Source of the DNA: Tubiluchus corallicola
Taxonomy: Eukaryota; Animalia; Priapulida
Assembly (NCBI GenBank): GCA_030141605.1
Contig: JAQGDQ010000408.1
Span: forward strand, 124,001 to 188,000
Direction: 5' to 3'
DNA length: 64,000 nucleotides
Numbering within the stretch: the stretch's first letter is position 1; every line of letters begins with the position of its first letter. The position numbers were made by a program, and so were the translations under genes. Positions 25,201-37,700 of the stretch are shown in pieces. The notes under the pieces are model-generated. The model searched no databases. It saw only the letters and a list, made by a program, of their open reading frames with translations, and was not told where the DNA came from.

Positions 25201-28200
25201 CTGAAGAGTGGTAATTGGTAACAGCGATTCTTTTAATCATGCAAAACTTTATAGGGGAAGAAAAGTTCAATTTAAAAATTTTAGACACAAAGTTATATTA
25301 CTTGGCATTATGGCTACCTGTCTGAAGGACTTGTGTTGACTAAAAAACAAAATTGTTAGTGACTGAAACAATATTTAAACGAAAATTTAAAATATTCGTG
25401 ACAACTGGTAAAATGTCACTGACTGATCTTCCCAGTGTGCATGACTGACTCACCAAAAAACATCTTACTAATGTTATTTTGAGAGATCTTTAAATTTTCA
25501 AGTTTTATACAGTGTTACTACTAACACAATCTCTGTGTGCATTAAGGCAGTATGTAGGTGACACAAAGTTTGAAGACAATTTTTTTAGCTTCATGCAAAT
25601 AATGTTTGCTAGTCCTTTAAAGCAGCCTTTTCTAATTTGGAGGAAATTTAGTCATGTTTGTACTTTCTAGACGGATCCAGCAACGACAGATTACGTCTGT
25701 GAGCACGGAGCAACACGTAACTTCGAAGCCGAAAGGACAGCCAGGTTAGCGGAAGAGAAGGCTTTAAAAGAGAAGGAGGAGGAGGAAGCGGATAACCCGA
25801 TGCTGGTATGCTCTCTTGTTCTGCATTCTCGTCGTATTTTGTTGAGTGTCGAAATGCAAGAAGTCTTTAATCAAATCATGCTGACAAGTGCAACACAAAT
25901 TTCTATAACGTTGAATAGTTAAACAAAATTATTGCAAAAACGGATCTTAGCTAGCTACTTTTTCAGCAATATGCTTCACATATCGCAGAATATTTTCATA
26001 TGTTAAGCTAATTTCGTTTATTAAAAGCTGAGCATGTATAGTATCTGACATATGTTTACATTCACAGTGCATTATAGACTGGTCCATAGTGTACTTCTGT
26101 TTTACATTCACAGTGCATTATAGACTGGTCCATAGTGTATTTCTGTTCATAAATGTATATATATATATATATATATATGAAATATATATATACTTATATA
26201 TATATGTTATATATATATATATACTTTATACTGTATATATATACAGAATTTATATATATATTTGGGATGCGATGTCCTAAACAGCATGTCATATTCATTC
26301 TCATCCACACCATTTCACTAACGTAATCTTACTAATTCCCATCTTTTGCATTCTCCATTGTCATTCTGTCACTTTTTTTTTACCTTTCCTTTTTGACACC
26401 CTAACGCCTACATCATTAATTGCGTTATGGTCTCACGAGTAATGCTTCTGACTATAACGAAAGTGAATTTATATAGATATCATGTCCTGTCTATTTTATT
26501 AACACATTAATGTGATTAGATAATCCTTTGTATATTATGTCATCATTTCGTGTTTTGTAATATGTGTGCTTGCAAACCAAAACCGTCCATTAGTCAGCAT
26601 GACTCCATCCGCAGCTCGTGGAAGCGGTCATTTTGCTTCCGCTTTTTCTGTTAACAAGCTCAGATCTTTGTCAGGAAGAGCCATCTACTGGATTTAAACA
26701 TAACTTCAGTGTGCTCGTGCCAAATCTGTAGCAACCAACATCTGTGTGATTGCTAAGTGTTTTGTAGAAACGCGACAAAAAACAATGGCTAACTGTGTTT
26801 GTCAATACGTAGCCTGCACCTCAACTTCAACGTGGATTATCTCAGCTCAGAAATAACATAGAGTGATGAACTTGGTATCAAAATGATCCTCATGAAATGC
26901 AGATTCAGGTTATATGAATAACTAGAAAAGCTTAATTGCCGACTTTTGGATGAATTTGCTATACAAGCACATATGTTGTGTTATTGTTTGGTGTTATTGT
27001 AATAAAGTAAAAAAATATAGCCATTATTATGCAAAGTTTAAACATTGTCACTAGTGTTTAGTTAACACAGTATGTTTAGTAGAGACAGTACTTTGTTTTA
27101 GTTATTGGAGAAGCGGACGAGGGATTCGAGGCTGGAAATGGAACGTCTAGAGCAGCTGGAGGAGTTACGTGACATGAACATGCGGCACGCCAACGTAGCA
27201 CACGACGACATGATCGCGTTTCACTTGGAGTATGAGAAACAGCTAGAGAGGTTACAAGATGAGGAAGACGAAAAATTCGTGCAGTAAGTAGCGACACTTT
27301 CAAAAAACTTTGCAAATTCTGGTTGGTGCTTAATTTAATGGCAGAAAAGGTGATTTTGAATTTAAATTCATTTCCAAGCTGTTGTGCTTTGCATAATCTG
27401 ATTTAAATAAACTCGTTGAAACTGCCTCTTTAAATTTAAGTTTTACGAAATTAATTATTAGAAAAAATGTGCTCCATCATCATGTTGCACTCTACAAAAT
27501 TAGCAATAGAGCCTTTTTAACAAGAAGAGAATTTTGTACATTTGCCCAACCATTAAAAATGTACAATACGAAAAAAGTAATCTTGAAATAATTTGAAAGA
27601 AGTTTAGATGTATCATTCTCCAACACAAGCGGTACATTTTCATCATTAAATTTAAATTACTGCTTAAATGGCACGATACTACAGACACCAAATGGACTTG
27701 CATGATAGAATTTTGGTTTGTAGCAAAAAATAATGTCGAGTTACCATAAAAACAAGGTTTTTCATAGGGCATCTTAAGTGCATATTTATTATTGTTACAA
27801 TTATTATTATTATTTTGTTTGGCGTAGTGCGCGTTGGTGCCCAGCATTATTACAGTAAGGTTGTGGCAGTACTGGATTGTAGCGCATTGTCAAAGATATC
27901 ATCCAAGAAGAAATACTAAAGCAGCAGATGTGTTTTAGCCGTGCATAGACACTTTCTTATCCCCAAAGAAATCGGTAGTTTTGAGGCCCCAAAAGTAATA
28001 TTCGTGGCTGTCAATTATCCGTTTATTAATGAAGTCCAGTGTTGCTGAACTTTAGCTTACGTGCAAGTCGGTTACTCCCATTGTCTTAAATATATTTCAC
28101 AGGCTGAATTCTGTTTTAAATGATGTAATTTTATGCTTTGTGTTTATGCAGGTCTGTATTTGGGAAGAAGGATACTGAAGCCAACGGCGTGGTAATAAAA

Positions 28201-29737
28201 CGGCTAAAGGATGACAGCTCTGACGAAGAAGAAGTTTTACCTTCAAGCAAGAAACTTGCCGTTGCAAAACCTCCGCCAAGCAAACCTACGGACATTCTAG
28301 CACAGGTAGGTGTCTCAGCCACTCCGAAATTGTAGCGTTGATTTCGATATTATATACGGAATGTATAATGCTATTGCGTAAACATAGTCGAGTGCGGGAC
28401 TTCAAAACGTCTTGTGAATTCAACTTGCTGTATATCAAAAACCTTTATTTTGAGTTTTGTTTTTGTGAAAACTTTGCGGGAATTTCTTTTTAGTTTTCAG
28501 AGACATTTTAAGTTAAGCAACCTTGTAGTCACTCCATATTATAGCACTTTTATGACACCAAAATACAAAACTAGGATTTTGTTACCTATTTCTATGTCAA
28601 AATATTAATGCATACCAGTGTGTGAATTAGGACAACATAATACTAATTTTGTAAAAGCATTATAAAGTCCTCGCTTTTATAACTCACCAGTTAGCGACAT
28701 TTCGTTTTAACGATGCTGACCTTTCCACACCTTTTTCAGCTTAACGATGCACGTTTCACTTTAACGACGACTTTTTTACTTTGCTCAAGAAAATTTTTTA
28801 TTTCATCAACAAGATTTTTACCTGATTTGATGCATTGAAACGGCACATGTTGCATTATTCTGTTCAAAAAATGTGCTAATAACGTAAACAGTGTAATCAT
28901 TATGTATTTTTTTTTTCTTCCCGGCATGCTGACTAAATACTTGCCGTTTATATCAAGTGAACTTTGTAAGTTCAACCTGCTGCTACAGCAAGACTAAGTA
29001 GCTAGATAAAATTCCCAAGGTTGTCCAGGGTTTGGCTTTGACTCTGCAGTGTTTATTGTTTAACTGCTACCTAGGCTTAAACACTAACGAAAGAGAATCT
29101 GCAATAGCCAGGTAATGGTAACTGAGATATACATGTATAGGTGGTTCTTTTACATTACTTCTATGGAGGTCTTGGCTTCGTTTAACATTGCAATTTGGCT
29201 TAATGCATTAACGTTGTTAAATGAGGGCTTACTGTATTTTGTAGTCAACTTTTATAATCTATCTGGTACATGTGTATTCTAACTTAGCATTCCATCATCA
29301 ATTCTACCTTTTCTACCTTGCTGTAAAAGTGAAGTGGACAATCATTTTTGTACCTGTTCATTCCTGAAGAAAGTGTATTCATGTAAAAGTCATTAGCCGT
29401 TGCAGAAATTTGAATTTTTATATAAAAAGATTGAATATTTCAGGGTGAAACAAAGGAGGCGACATCTTCAAAGTCATGGCAGAAAAGCATCGGTTCGTTA
29501 GGTAATTCGTCTAACCTCGTTAAAGCCAAAAAATCATCGTTAGCGCAACTTGTGAAACCTAAATCGACTTCTGTGCATTCGGACAAAAACTCAGTGGACC
29601 ACATCACACAGTCTACTGTTTTGCAATCTCCTAATACTGGTGCAGCTGTGAGCAAGGGCTTAACAGAGACAAAGCCAAGTGGACTTGGGCTGTTGGGCAG
29701 TTATTCTGATAGTGACAGCAGTAACTCCGATGATTAG
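22288..29737 (+). CDS. YJU2: Splicing factor YJU2 (CCDC94), ~344 aa, 7 exons
   Basis: Exons 22288-22311, 23792-23892, 24927-25071, 25671-25805, 27102-27283, 28152-28305, 29444-29737, all GT-AG and in phase. Protein [17 protein letters not shown]...[64 protein letters not shown], ending [11 protein letters not shown]. Confidence 0.96.
24328..24753 (+). mobile_element. Tc1/mariner-type MITE, family B, copy 2
   Basis: ta|CACTCATATCTCGGTTTGCTGGAC...GTCCAGCAAACCGAGATGAGTG|ta, with a TA TSD. Confidence 0.8.
26055..26260. repeat. 46-bp direct duplication followed by an interrupted (TA)n microsatellite
   Basis: tttacattcacagtgcattatagactggtccatagtgta occurs at 26055 and 26101, followed by atatat tracts. 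Confidence 0.85.
26564..26970 (-). mobile_element. Family A (Sola1-like), inverted and internally deleted copy
   Basis: Reverse complement of copy 1 (aaaatgatcctcatgaaat, aataactagaaaag), flanked by ATAT/ATAT. Confidence 0.75.
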
Positions 29738-30138
29738 TTTTCATTTTTTGCTCAAGTTTAGCGTGAACTGTAACTGGACATGGATGTGACATAAGTCTAT
29801 AGACTATACACTTATCATGCTTGAGCTACTGACCTTCCATAGTAAAAATGCGACTGTGCCATTACAACGCGTACCCCAATGCCCCGGCCCCCAGCCGAAT
29901 GCAACGACCATGAAGTCATTTCATTTCAACTGCTAATTGAGGCATGAGTTTTGGAAACTTGATCTGTTGTCTGATTAAATTTTGTTGAATGACATCCTTT
30001 TGTTTCATTTGTTTGTCAGTCACCAAAGTTAAACTCCCCATATAAATTAACCACACAAATGGAATGCCACCAATTGTGAGACTGATGTGTAAATGTAGTA
30101 TTAGTAAAAGCTAATAAGGAATAGTAAAAGCTTTTTTT

Positions 30139-30258
30139 AACAACGGCCAAATCACGTGGAAAACACCGGTTCTCGTCTGATCACCGAAGTTAAGCTACGG
30201 AGAGCCTGGTTAGTACTTAGATGGGTGACCGCCTAGGAATACCAGGTGCTGTAGGCTT
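30139..30258 (+). rRNA. 5S rRNA-like sequence (dispersed, diverged copy; probably the head of a SINE rather than a functional 5S gene)
   Basis: 120 nt caacggccaaatcacgtggaaaacaccggttctcgtctgatcaccgaagttaagc...ggttagtacttagatgggtgaccgcctaggaataccaggtgctgtaggctt matches the metazoan 5S pattern, including the internal control region. It is a single copy and has no oligo-T terminator after it. Confidence 0.85.
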
Positions 30259-30660
30259 GTGGGATCCCCACACTGTATCTCGACACTAGGCGAAGGAGCT
30301 GCACAAGCAGCCAACGGCTAAAGGGCGGAGGAGGTCAAGTGACCCAACGGCCATGTGTAGAGAGGAGTGAAGGTGGACCAATGCAGCATGCTCACTGACT
30401 CTGGCAGCTCCAGCAGCCAACCTGGTGCCAAACGTATCGCTCTGATTGCCTTTGGACTACACCAGCGAGGAAGAGAGGGGGTTCCTGTTGTCTGGGTAAC
30501 TCAGGATCTCTATACACCTCGCCCAGGCGTGCGCCTTGGAGACATTCAAGGATCGCACTGCTCAGCCACAGTCGACGCTGTAGCTCCACCAATGTGATCA
30601 ATAACTGGCTCTCTTGGCGCACACTCCATTGTCTTCTGAGACAGAAGGATGCCAATCAAG
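30139..30660 (+). mobile_element. Candidate 5S-derived SINE (SINE3) with GC-rich body
   Basis: The 5S head runs directly into ~400 bp of GC-rich non-coding sequence that ends near a small hairpin (cttctg-aga-cagaag), then returns abruptly to AT-rich DNA. No clean TSD seen. Confidence 0.55.
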
Positions 30661-31126
30661 AATGTAGTTTTAAATACTTGAAATCGATTCCTTGTGGACA
30701 TGTGGCTTTGCAGAAAGTATAAACCGAGTTATTTTACCAATAATGGTAATAATGACGTTGTTATTATTATTATCGTTGTCGTCGTTCTTTGGCGCAGTAT
30801 TGGTTTTCGCGTCTAGTGTTCCTTTGCTACTTTGCGGTTTGTTTATTGCGGACTCGCTGTTTTGCAGGTTTTCAAAAATATTAATGTAAAATATTTATCG
30901 TGGTATTTTTGCTGTTTCGCGGTTTTTACGGTACTCCGTCTAAAGTATTTTCGCACATGCATAGTACGTATTGTACAGTAATGTATAGATTTGAAGAATT
31001 TTGCATAAAAAAAATCACGATTGGTTGATTGATGGAAACGATGTATTGATGGATTGATAGTTTATGTATAAAGTGTGGGGAGGGTTTACAAAGACTTAAA
31101 ATAATGTATAACTACTAAAATAAGTA

Positions 31127-31205
31127 TAGCGTCCCTACTTCACGGAAATTCACTTATCGCGGGTGGGCCTGGAACGGAACACCCGCGATATGTGAGGGAA
31201 CACTG
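31127..31205. mobile_element. Tiny (~80 bp) Tc1/mariner-type MITE
   Basis: tagcgtccct...tatcgcgggt...acccgcgata...agggaacactg|ta; a GC-rich inverted structure in AT-rich DNA. Confidence 0.55.
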
Positions 31206-31778
31206 TATATAGCCTTTCTGTTTTTAAATCTTCTCTTTTCTCCTTTTCCATTTCTTCTAGAGGTGGCCTTCAATTTATGCTGCTGTATTGCCATTTTAGG
31301 TCTCCTCAGCCACACGACTTTATTATTTGTAATTTACAGTCTTAAATTATTACAGAAAACACAATCTGCATGTGCTCCTGTTGTTGGTTAAATAAATAAA
31401 TCTTGAATAAACCATTATTTGTGATTTAAAACAACCTAAGTAATTCTTAAATGACAATAAGAACGCAAATGAAATAACAAAGTTTTATTTATGATCAAAA
31501 CAATTACTGAATGCATACAAATGTGTTTTTAACAATACCAGCGCATAGTTTACGCAAACGTAATATTCATGATAATTATAGAATGCCTGCATTATCGTCT
31601 TCAAGTTATGATCCCACGATTATAAGAGCAGATAAGATAAAACTGTTTGATGAGATAAACGCTAATTTTGTTAGAAAATGTGACCCCGGCACTGGCACGT
31701 TTCTCAGCAGCATCAGTGTTAAACTTGCCTATGGAAGATGCTGCAAAGCGTGAAAAAAATTAACGCTGATCGCATGAG

Positions 31779-34700
31779 TTACGCAGTAGACAGTTTCGCA
31801 GTCGCCGATAATTTTTTCAACTGTTCTATGCTGTTCTTAATGGCATCTTTCTCCTGGAAAAAACAAACAATATGAATGTTTTACAGCTTACGGTTGCATT
31901 TTTGAATGAAAACAGTAAAATTTTTGTCTAAAGTGTATAAAAATAAATGGCTATCGAAAATGTATAATTGGGCAAGTGCATACTTCGCAGTCATCACTAC
32001 TCGAGATAAAATAAGTTGTAGTAAAGATTATGGACGATACTCCTACAAGGCTAAGAATTTGAAATACCGTTTATATAAGAGAGAAGCCACGATATGACTT
32101 AAAGTCTGATGTATCAGTTGGCTAGAAATCTTAAAGTCGTTGGAGATCTTTAACCACAAACAAAGTTCAGTTAATTTTTAATTTTTTAACATTTACAATA
32201 TTAAAAAGAGCACTTACAAATGCAAATTTCGTCAATTAAATGTGCTTTACTTGCAAAACTCTGTGGTAAACAAAGGCTCTATGATAAACAAAGCCAATAA
32301 AATTCTTGGAGCCATCAAACACACATAAACAGTGAAATGATTGTTCAGATAATCAAAACTCTTATTAGACGACTCCTAGAATATGCAAATGTTGTTTGGG
32401 GACCAAGGTTTATAGGAGATGCTGAACTCATAGAAAATGGGCAACGAAGGGCTGCCAGCTGGTTCCATCATCTGTGACTTGAATTACACGGAAAGACTAA
32501 GAAAATTAAGCATTCCATCTTTACAATACAGACTTTACAATACATCTTTACAAGATGCCAAGAAAGTGACATGATTCACGTTTTTAGAATTATCAATGGA
32601 ATCGATGTTTTGGACAAGTCATCGTTCTTTTTAAGGAATTCAGCATTTACAAGCGGACATCCTTATAAACTCAGAGCCAAACTGGACGTAAGCAAGTACA
32701 TCTTCAGCAACCGAGTATTAAACAGTTGGAACAGTTTAAGCAGCAAAACTATAGCATCTAAATCAATAAATGAATTTAAACGATATGAGTGGAATCAAAA
32801 AAAAATTTGTACCATACACATACTAATGCCAGCAGAGAACAGGCATTACAGGTGATCTACTATCTACCTCTAGCCTTAACATTGGATATGAATATGGATA
32901 CGGATTGGGCAATTTGATGAATTTACATATGTGATTCTGCTGAACACGCCTTTGTCAAGGACCTGTGCAACGCAAGTTCGCAAACCATTTTCACTTATTA
33001 ACGCCATTTAAAGTGCTACAGTGTACTTCTTAAAACAGAAATTTACTTGCGTAATCTTGGCTGTTTTTATTGACTGTGACTGCTTAGCTAAATATTAATC
33101 AATTAATCATGATTACAATGACATATACATCGACGAATGCACGGTAATACAATTAATTGACAGCAAAATGTGAGCGTTACACACTGACTAAAATGTGTTA
33201 TTTTAGTACAAATGAATTGAATCTTTGCACTTTTTCTTCATTTTTCTCGCTTTACACAAATGCGCACAATCACGAACAACAGTGTTGCAAACTGGGAGTT
33301 TAAACTTCATTGTCATGTGACCCGTGGGTGTGTGTGATTGAAGTGATGTGCTCATACAGTAGTTAACAAAAAAGCGGTATGTGTCTAAGAAATAGCGTGG
33401 GAGTACAAAAATGGCAGACAGAAATGAAAGCTGTGAAGAGGTTACAGGTTATGTTTCACTGCAGTAGCAATGAAATGTAGCTAACACTAAAAATCGTCGC
33501 AAAAGATTAATCGTGACATCGAATTATAAGAACAGGATTATGACTAGATTACAAAATTTCAGAATTGTTCGTGCAAACCTGCTGAATAGTAATGGACGAC
33601 AACACATTAGTTATAATCCAGTTGACCATGTGCCGCTGTTGCATTCGTAACGTCGAGTTCTGTACATCTAGCTGGTAATCTAGTCTATTCTTCACCTCTT
33701 GGTAAGCAGTGAACAAACGTTCTCTGTAAGCTGCTTCTATCTGTAGAGCTACGTTCTCCTGAATAGAAAAACTCACAAAATCAAATTACAGCTTTTGATG
33801 AAATGGAAGAGAAAAAGTCAGAAGTCTTCTAACTGACTGCTTTCTTTCTAAACAGTTAAACCTCTTTATACCACTTACTTTAAGAGTGCAAAAAAGATGG
33901 CATTGAGTTTGGCATTAAGGGAGGCTGGCATTACAAAGGGAAACATTACAACGAGGTTTGACTGTAATTGGATTTGCAGCATCACGAAATGCTCCATTTT
34001 CTAAGGTTTCTTCAGTAAGGAATGCAAGATCCCCAGTGCTGCAGTAAAGCTTTAAGTGGACAAGTGAAGTTTGATATGACTTAAGGTCGGTGTATCAGTT
34101 AGCAAGAAATTTAATGTAACTAGATTTATCTCAAACGAACCCTCGGGCAAATAATAATAGAAAACGGAAAAAGAAATTACATCTAACCAGTGAAAGAAAG
34201 GCAGCTAATACTGGTTACTGATTCAAATCCTCTTTGAACTGCAAATACATTCTTTCATTCTTATCTTGCTCTGATCATTAGGGGTGAGAATCGAGCGTTC
34301 GAATTCAACTGGAACGAGTTTTTTAAATTCGAATTTGATTCGAACCTAAAATTATAGATTCGAATAATTCAGCACTTCAGCCACATACGTTCTTTATCAT
34401 TAAAATGTTTGAAACAGCAGGCAAACAGAACAATTTAGCTGCAGTTTCTGTGCAAAATTTTAACAAACTAATAATGGTTTTACTTCAAAACAAAATAAAG
34501 TAATATGCATGATCACAGTAAGACCACTTTTTACTAGTAGTTCGGAAACTGGTTCGAAAATCTTTCAAACTCGATTCGAATTCGAAATACTAAAGCTCGG
34601 TTCGACACGAAAGTCGCAAATTCGATGCTTATTCGTTTCTGGTAGAGAATGCTCACCCTACTGATCATGCAGTGATTCGGTTTCAATACTCTTTAGGTCG

Positions 34701-37700
34701 TTTACTATGATTAATGCAAGTCTGAACAAACGCGAGCATACTGCTTGCATAAGTAGCCTATTACACGTTAGCATAACTACGTTATTCCAACCAAATAGTT
34801 TGTAGTAATCTAGTTAACTTACTCTTTTGGCGTCAAAGAGGTACTTCTCTCCGTCTGCTTGCCACTGAGCCGTTTCCTCATTTTTTATATTCTGTTTCAA
34901 ACCATCTATGGCAGTGTTTCTAAATGCTTTGTAGTTGTCTTCCACTTTCTGAAAACCAGCCGATGAATGTTATTACTGCAAAATACAGCGTGTGCAGACT
35001 GCATTACTAACTGATCAGAGGAGTCTAGTAAACTCTGCATAATTTAAATCCAACCGGACCAAAAAAAGTTGGAGTTAGGCTATGCTGACAGTTTACAGCA
35101 TAGAAACTCTTAGCTCCTCCTTAGACAGAGGCAGTGAATTCGAACAAAAAATGTCAATAGAGTGATTGTTTTCACGTGGCCGATTGACACTTTCCCAGAA
35201 AGATCGATCCCAGAGCAAATAATCGGGGACCTGTAAGACATCAGAATTTTCCTGGAAGACAATACTGTTTTTGACATGTATGAAACTTTTTATTTCTCTA
35301 GGGTATGAATTGCATTTTTGAGTTAGGCGAAAAAATTACATGTACTTTGATTAAACGGACCATTTTTTTTTGAGTTAGACGAAATTTTGAGTTAAGCGAT
35401 GTTTTTTTGTTCCAAAAACGAAGAATGTTATCCGTTTTGCTGAAATTCTTTGAGCTAGACAAAAATTTGAGTTATGAATTTATGGTATTAGCCAAGTGGT
35501 CACAATGTTTGCTTAGCGAAAGAAGTTGAGCAATACCGAGGCAGGTTTATAAATGCATAGGTGACCGAACTAAAATGTTCAACATGGAGGACAGCATTGT
35601 ACAAATAAATTTTGTACATTCTGTGCTCGTTTGCTCATCCTTAATAACGAGACTATGTACCAGTCTTGCCGCAAAGATCCAACACGTCGTTGAATGTGTA
35701 AAGCTGCATTAGAGAAAATACAAAATGAAAAATAAAGAAATGGTTTTTCCTGTTTTCATCTTTAGGTTTCTAGTTATTCTGCTTTTTTCCCTGACAATGC
35801 TCTTTCATACGTGATATTTCCATCGACTGTGTTCACGTTACGAAATCCCCCAAAAATCGTATTTAGTCATTGTATGTAGTTTTTTTACCTAAAAATAATC
35901 ACGAGAATATGTCTCACCGGAAACGTTGTGTTTTTGCTTTATTGTGGAAAATTTTTACTAACTGCATCAATTTCTGTCACGAAGAATTGTCTCTTTATCG
36001 CACTAATTTTGTTACTATTTAATAGAACCAATAACGAACAAGTAACAAATTTCTTGATACCAAAAAAATTCCCCAAAAAACAGCAATTTGAGTCATCTTT
36101 TTTTCTTTGCAGTACAGAATATGTACCTCGATTTCCTTGTCCAAGTATTTGGCCGTTGCCGGTCCCCACTTTTTAACAGCATAAATAATCATGATGGCGA
36201 TTGAGATGCCAGTGTACAGCTCATGTTCAAGCACATAGATCTCCTTCGATAAGAGAAAAGATATGAAGCCGATGCCAAATAGGTATGGTCCTAGAAAACA
36301 CAAACTAAATGGTTATACATATGCGACAATATAGTCAACACACACGTGCATTTAACATAACTTGTGTGCTTGCATAGCAAAATCGTCAACAAGTTAACAA
36401 TTGAGTTTCTCTAGTTATTCACATATCCTGAATCTCCATTTCACGAGGATCATTTTGATACCAAGCTCATCGCTCTGTATTGTTTCTAGGCTGAGATAAT
36501 CCACATTGAAGTCGAGGTGCAGGCTGCACACAGGAAAACATAACCCTGAGAAAACCGCTGTTAAAGTTAGCCATTGTTTTTATCACAGTTCTACAAAACA
36601 CTTAGCAACCACACAAATGTTGGTTGCTACAGACTTTATAAAAACTCAGTAGATGACTCTTCCAAGCGAAGATCTGGGCTTGACAACAGAAAAAACCAAA
36701 AGTAAAATGATTTCTTCCATGAGCTAATACCGGAGATTGAAAATACAAGTTTTTCTCAATTGTAATACTAGTTTCTAGACAGAAATGTGAGCTTCAGGTT
36801 ATAAAATTAGATTTTTAAACATATTCTTGACAATTTGGTGCTGGAATTTTAAAGTCCAATATATTCAGCATTTGTTTTTATAAAAAAAAACAAAAAAATT
36901 TGGTGTATTCTACTTTGAAGCATCAGAACGTAGTTTTATCAACTATGCCGACTTACGGACGATGTTGGTGTGCAAGCACACATTTGTACAAAAGACAAGA
37001 TCACAGAGTTGTTATCGAATATGTCAGTATAGGTTTTACTCTATAATTCGAAAACACGCGCAGTGCATAAAAAACATAATACAAATTCTGATTTGTGGTT
37101 GTGCGGTTCTAATAACGGCTGAGCATTCTCTACCAGAAAGTGAATTCGAATCGAAACTAATTTGTGATGAATCGAAACGAAATTTCAAGATTTCAAATCT
37201 GACTTCGAATTTAGTTTTAAAATATTCAAATAAATTTTTGAATCACAAATGAAAATTGTTCTTACAAAGATCATGAATATTACTTGACATTGCTCTATAG
37301 CAAAAACACCAATTTGTTTAAAAATTGTAAACAGAAACTGCCGCTAAACTGAGCCAAATGCATGATGTTTCAAACGTTTTACTGATAAAGGATGCATGTA
37401 GTTAAACTGCTGAATTTCTCGAATCTATAATTTTAGGTCCAAATGATCTTGAACTAAAAAACTCGTTTGAATTGAATTCGAACATTCGATGCCCACACTT
37501 AGTTCTAACCCAATTCAATTTGAAAAACAAATTTCATGGACAGTTGTACAACAATCAAAAACAAAATGCCGTACCAGTGACACCAGTCTTTTCATAAAAA
37601 AACTGAAACCACTCCTCTGGAATAAATCCGAATCTAACTTTTCCAGGATCAACCAGGCGAACAGGTCTGGCAAACTTCACAACATCGGTGCTCTCATCCT

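Noticed and set aside
30139-30258. Functional 5S rRNA gene
   Set aside because: It is a single copy with an altered 5' end, several substitutions and no oligo-T terminator; kept only as 5S-like.
30367-30655. Overlapping ORFs of 76 and 87 aa
   Set aside because: Such ORFs are expected in GC-rich sequence; there is no recognisable domain or splice context.
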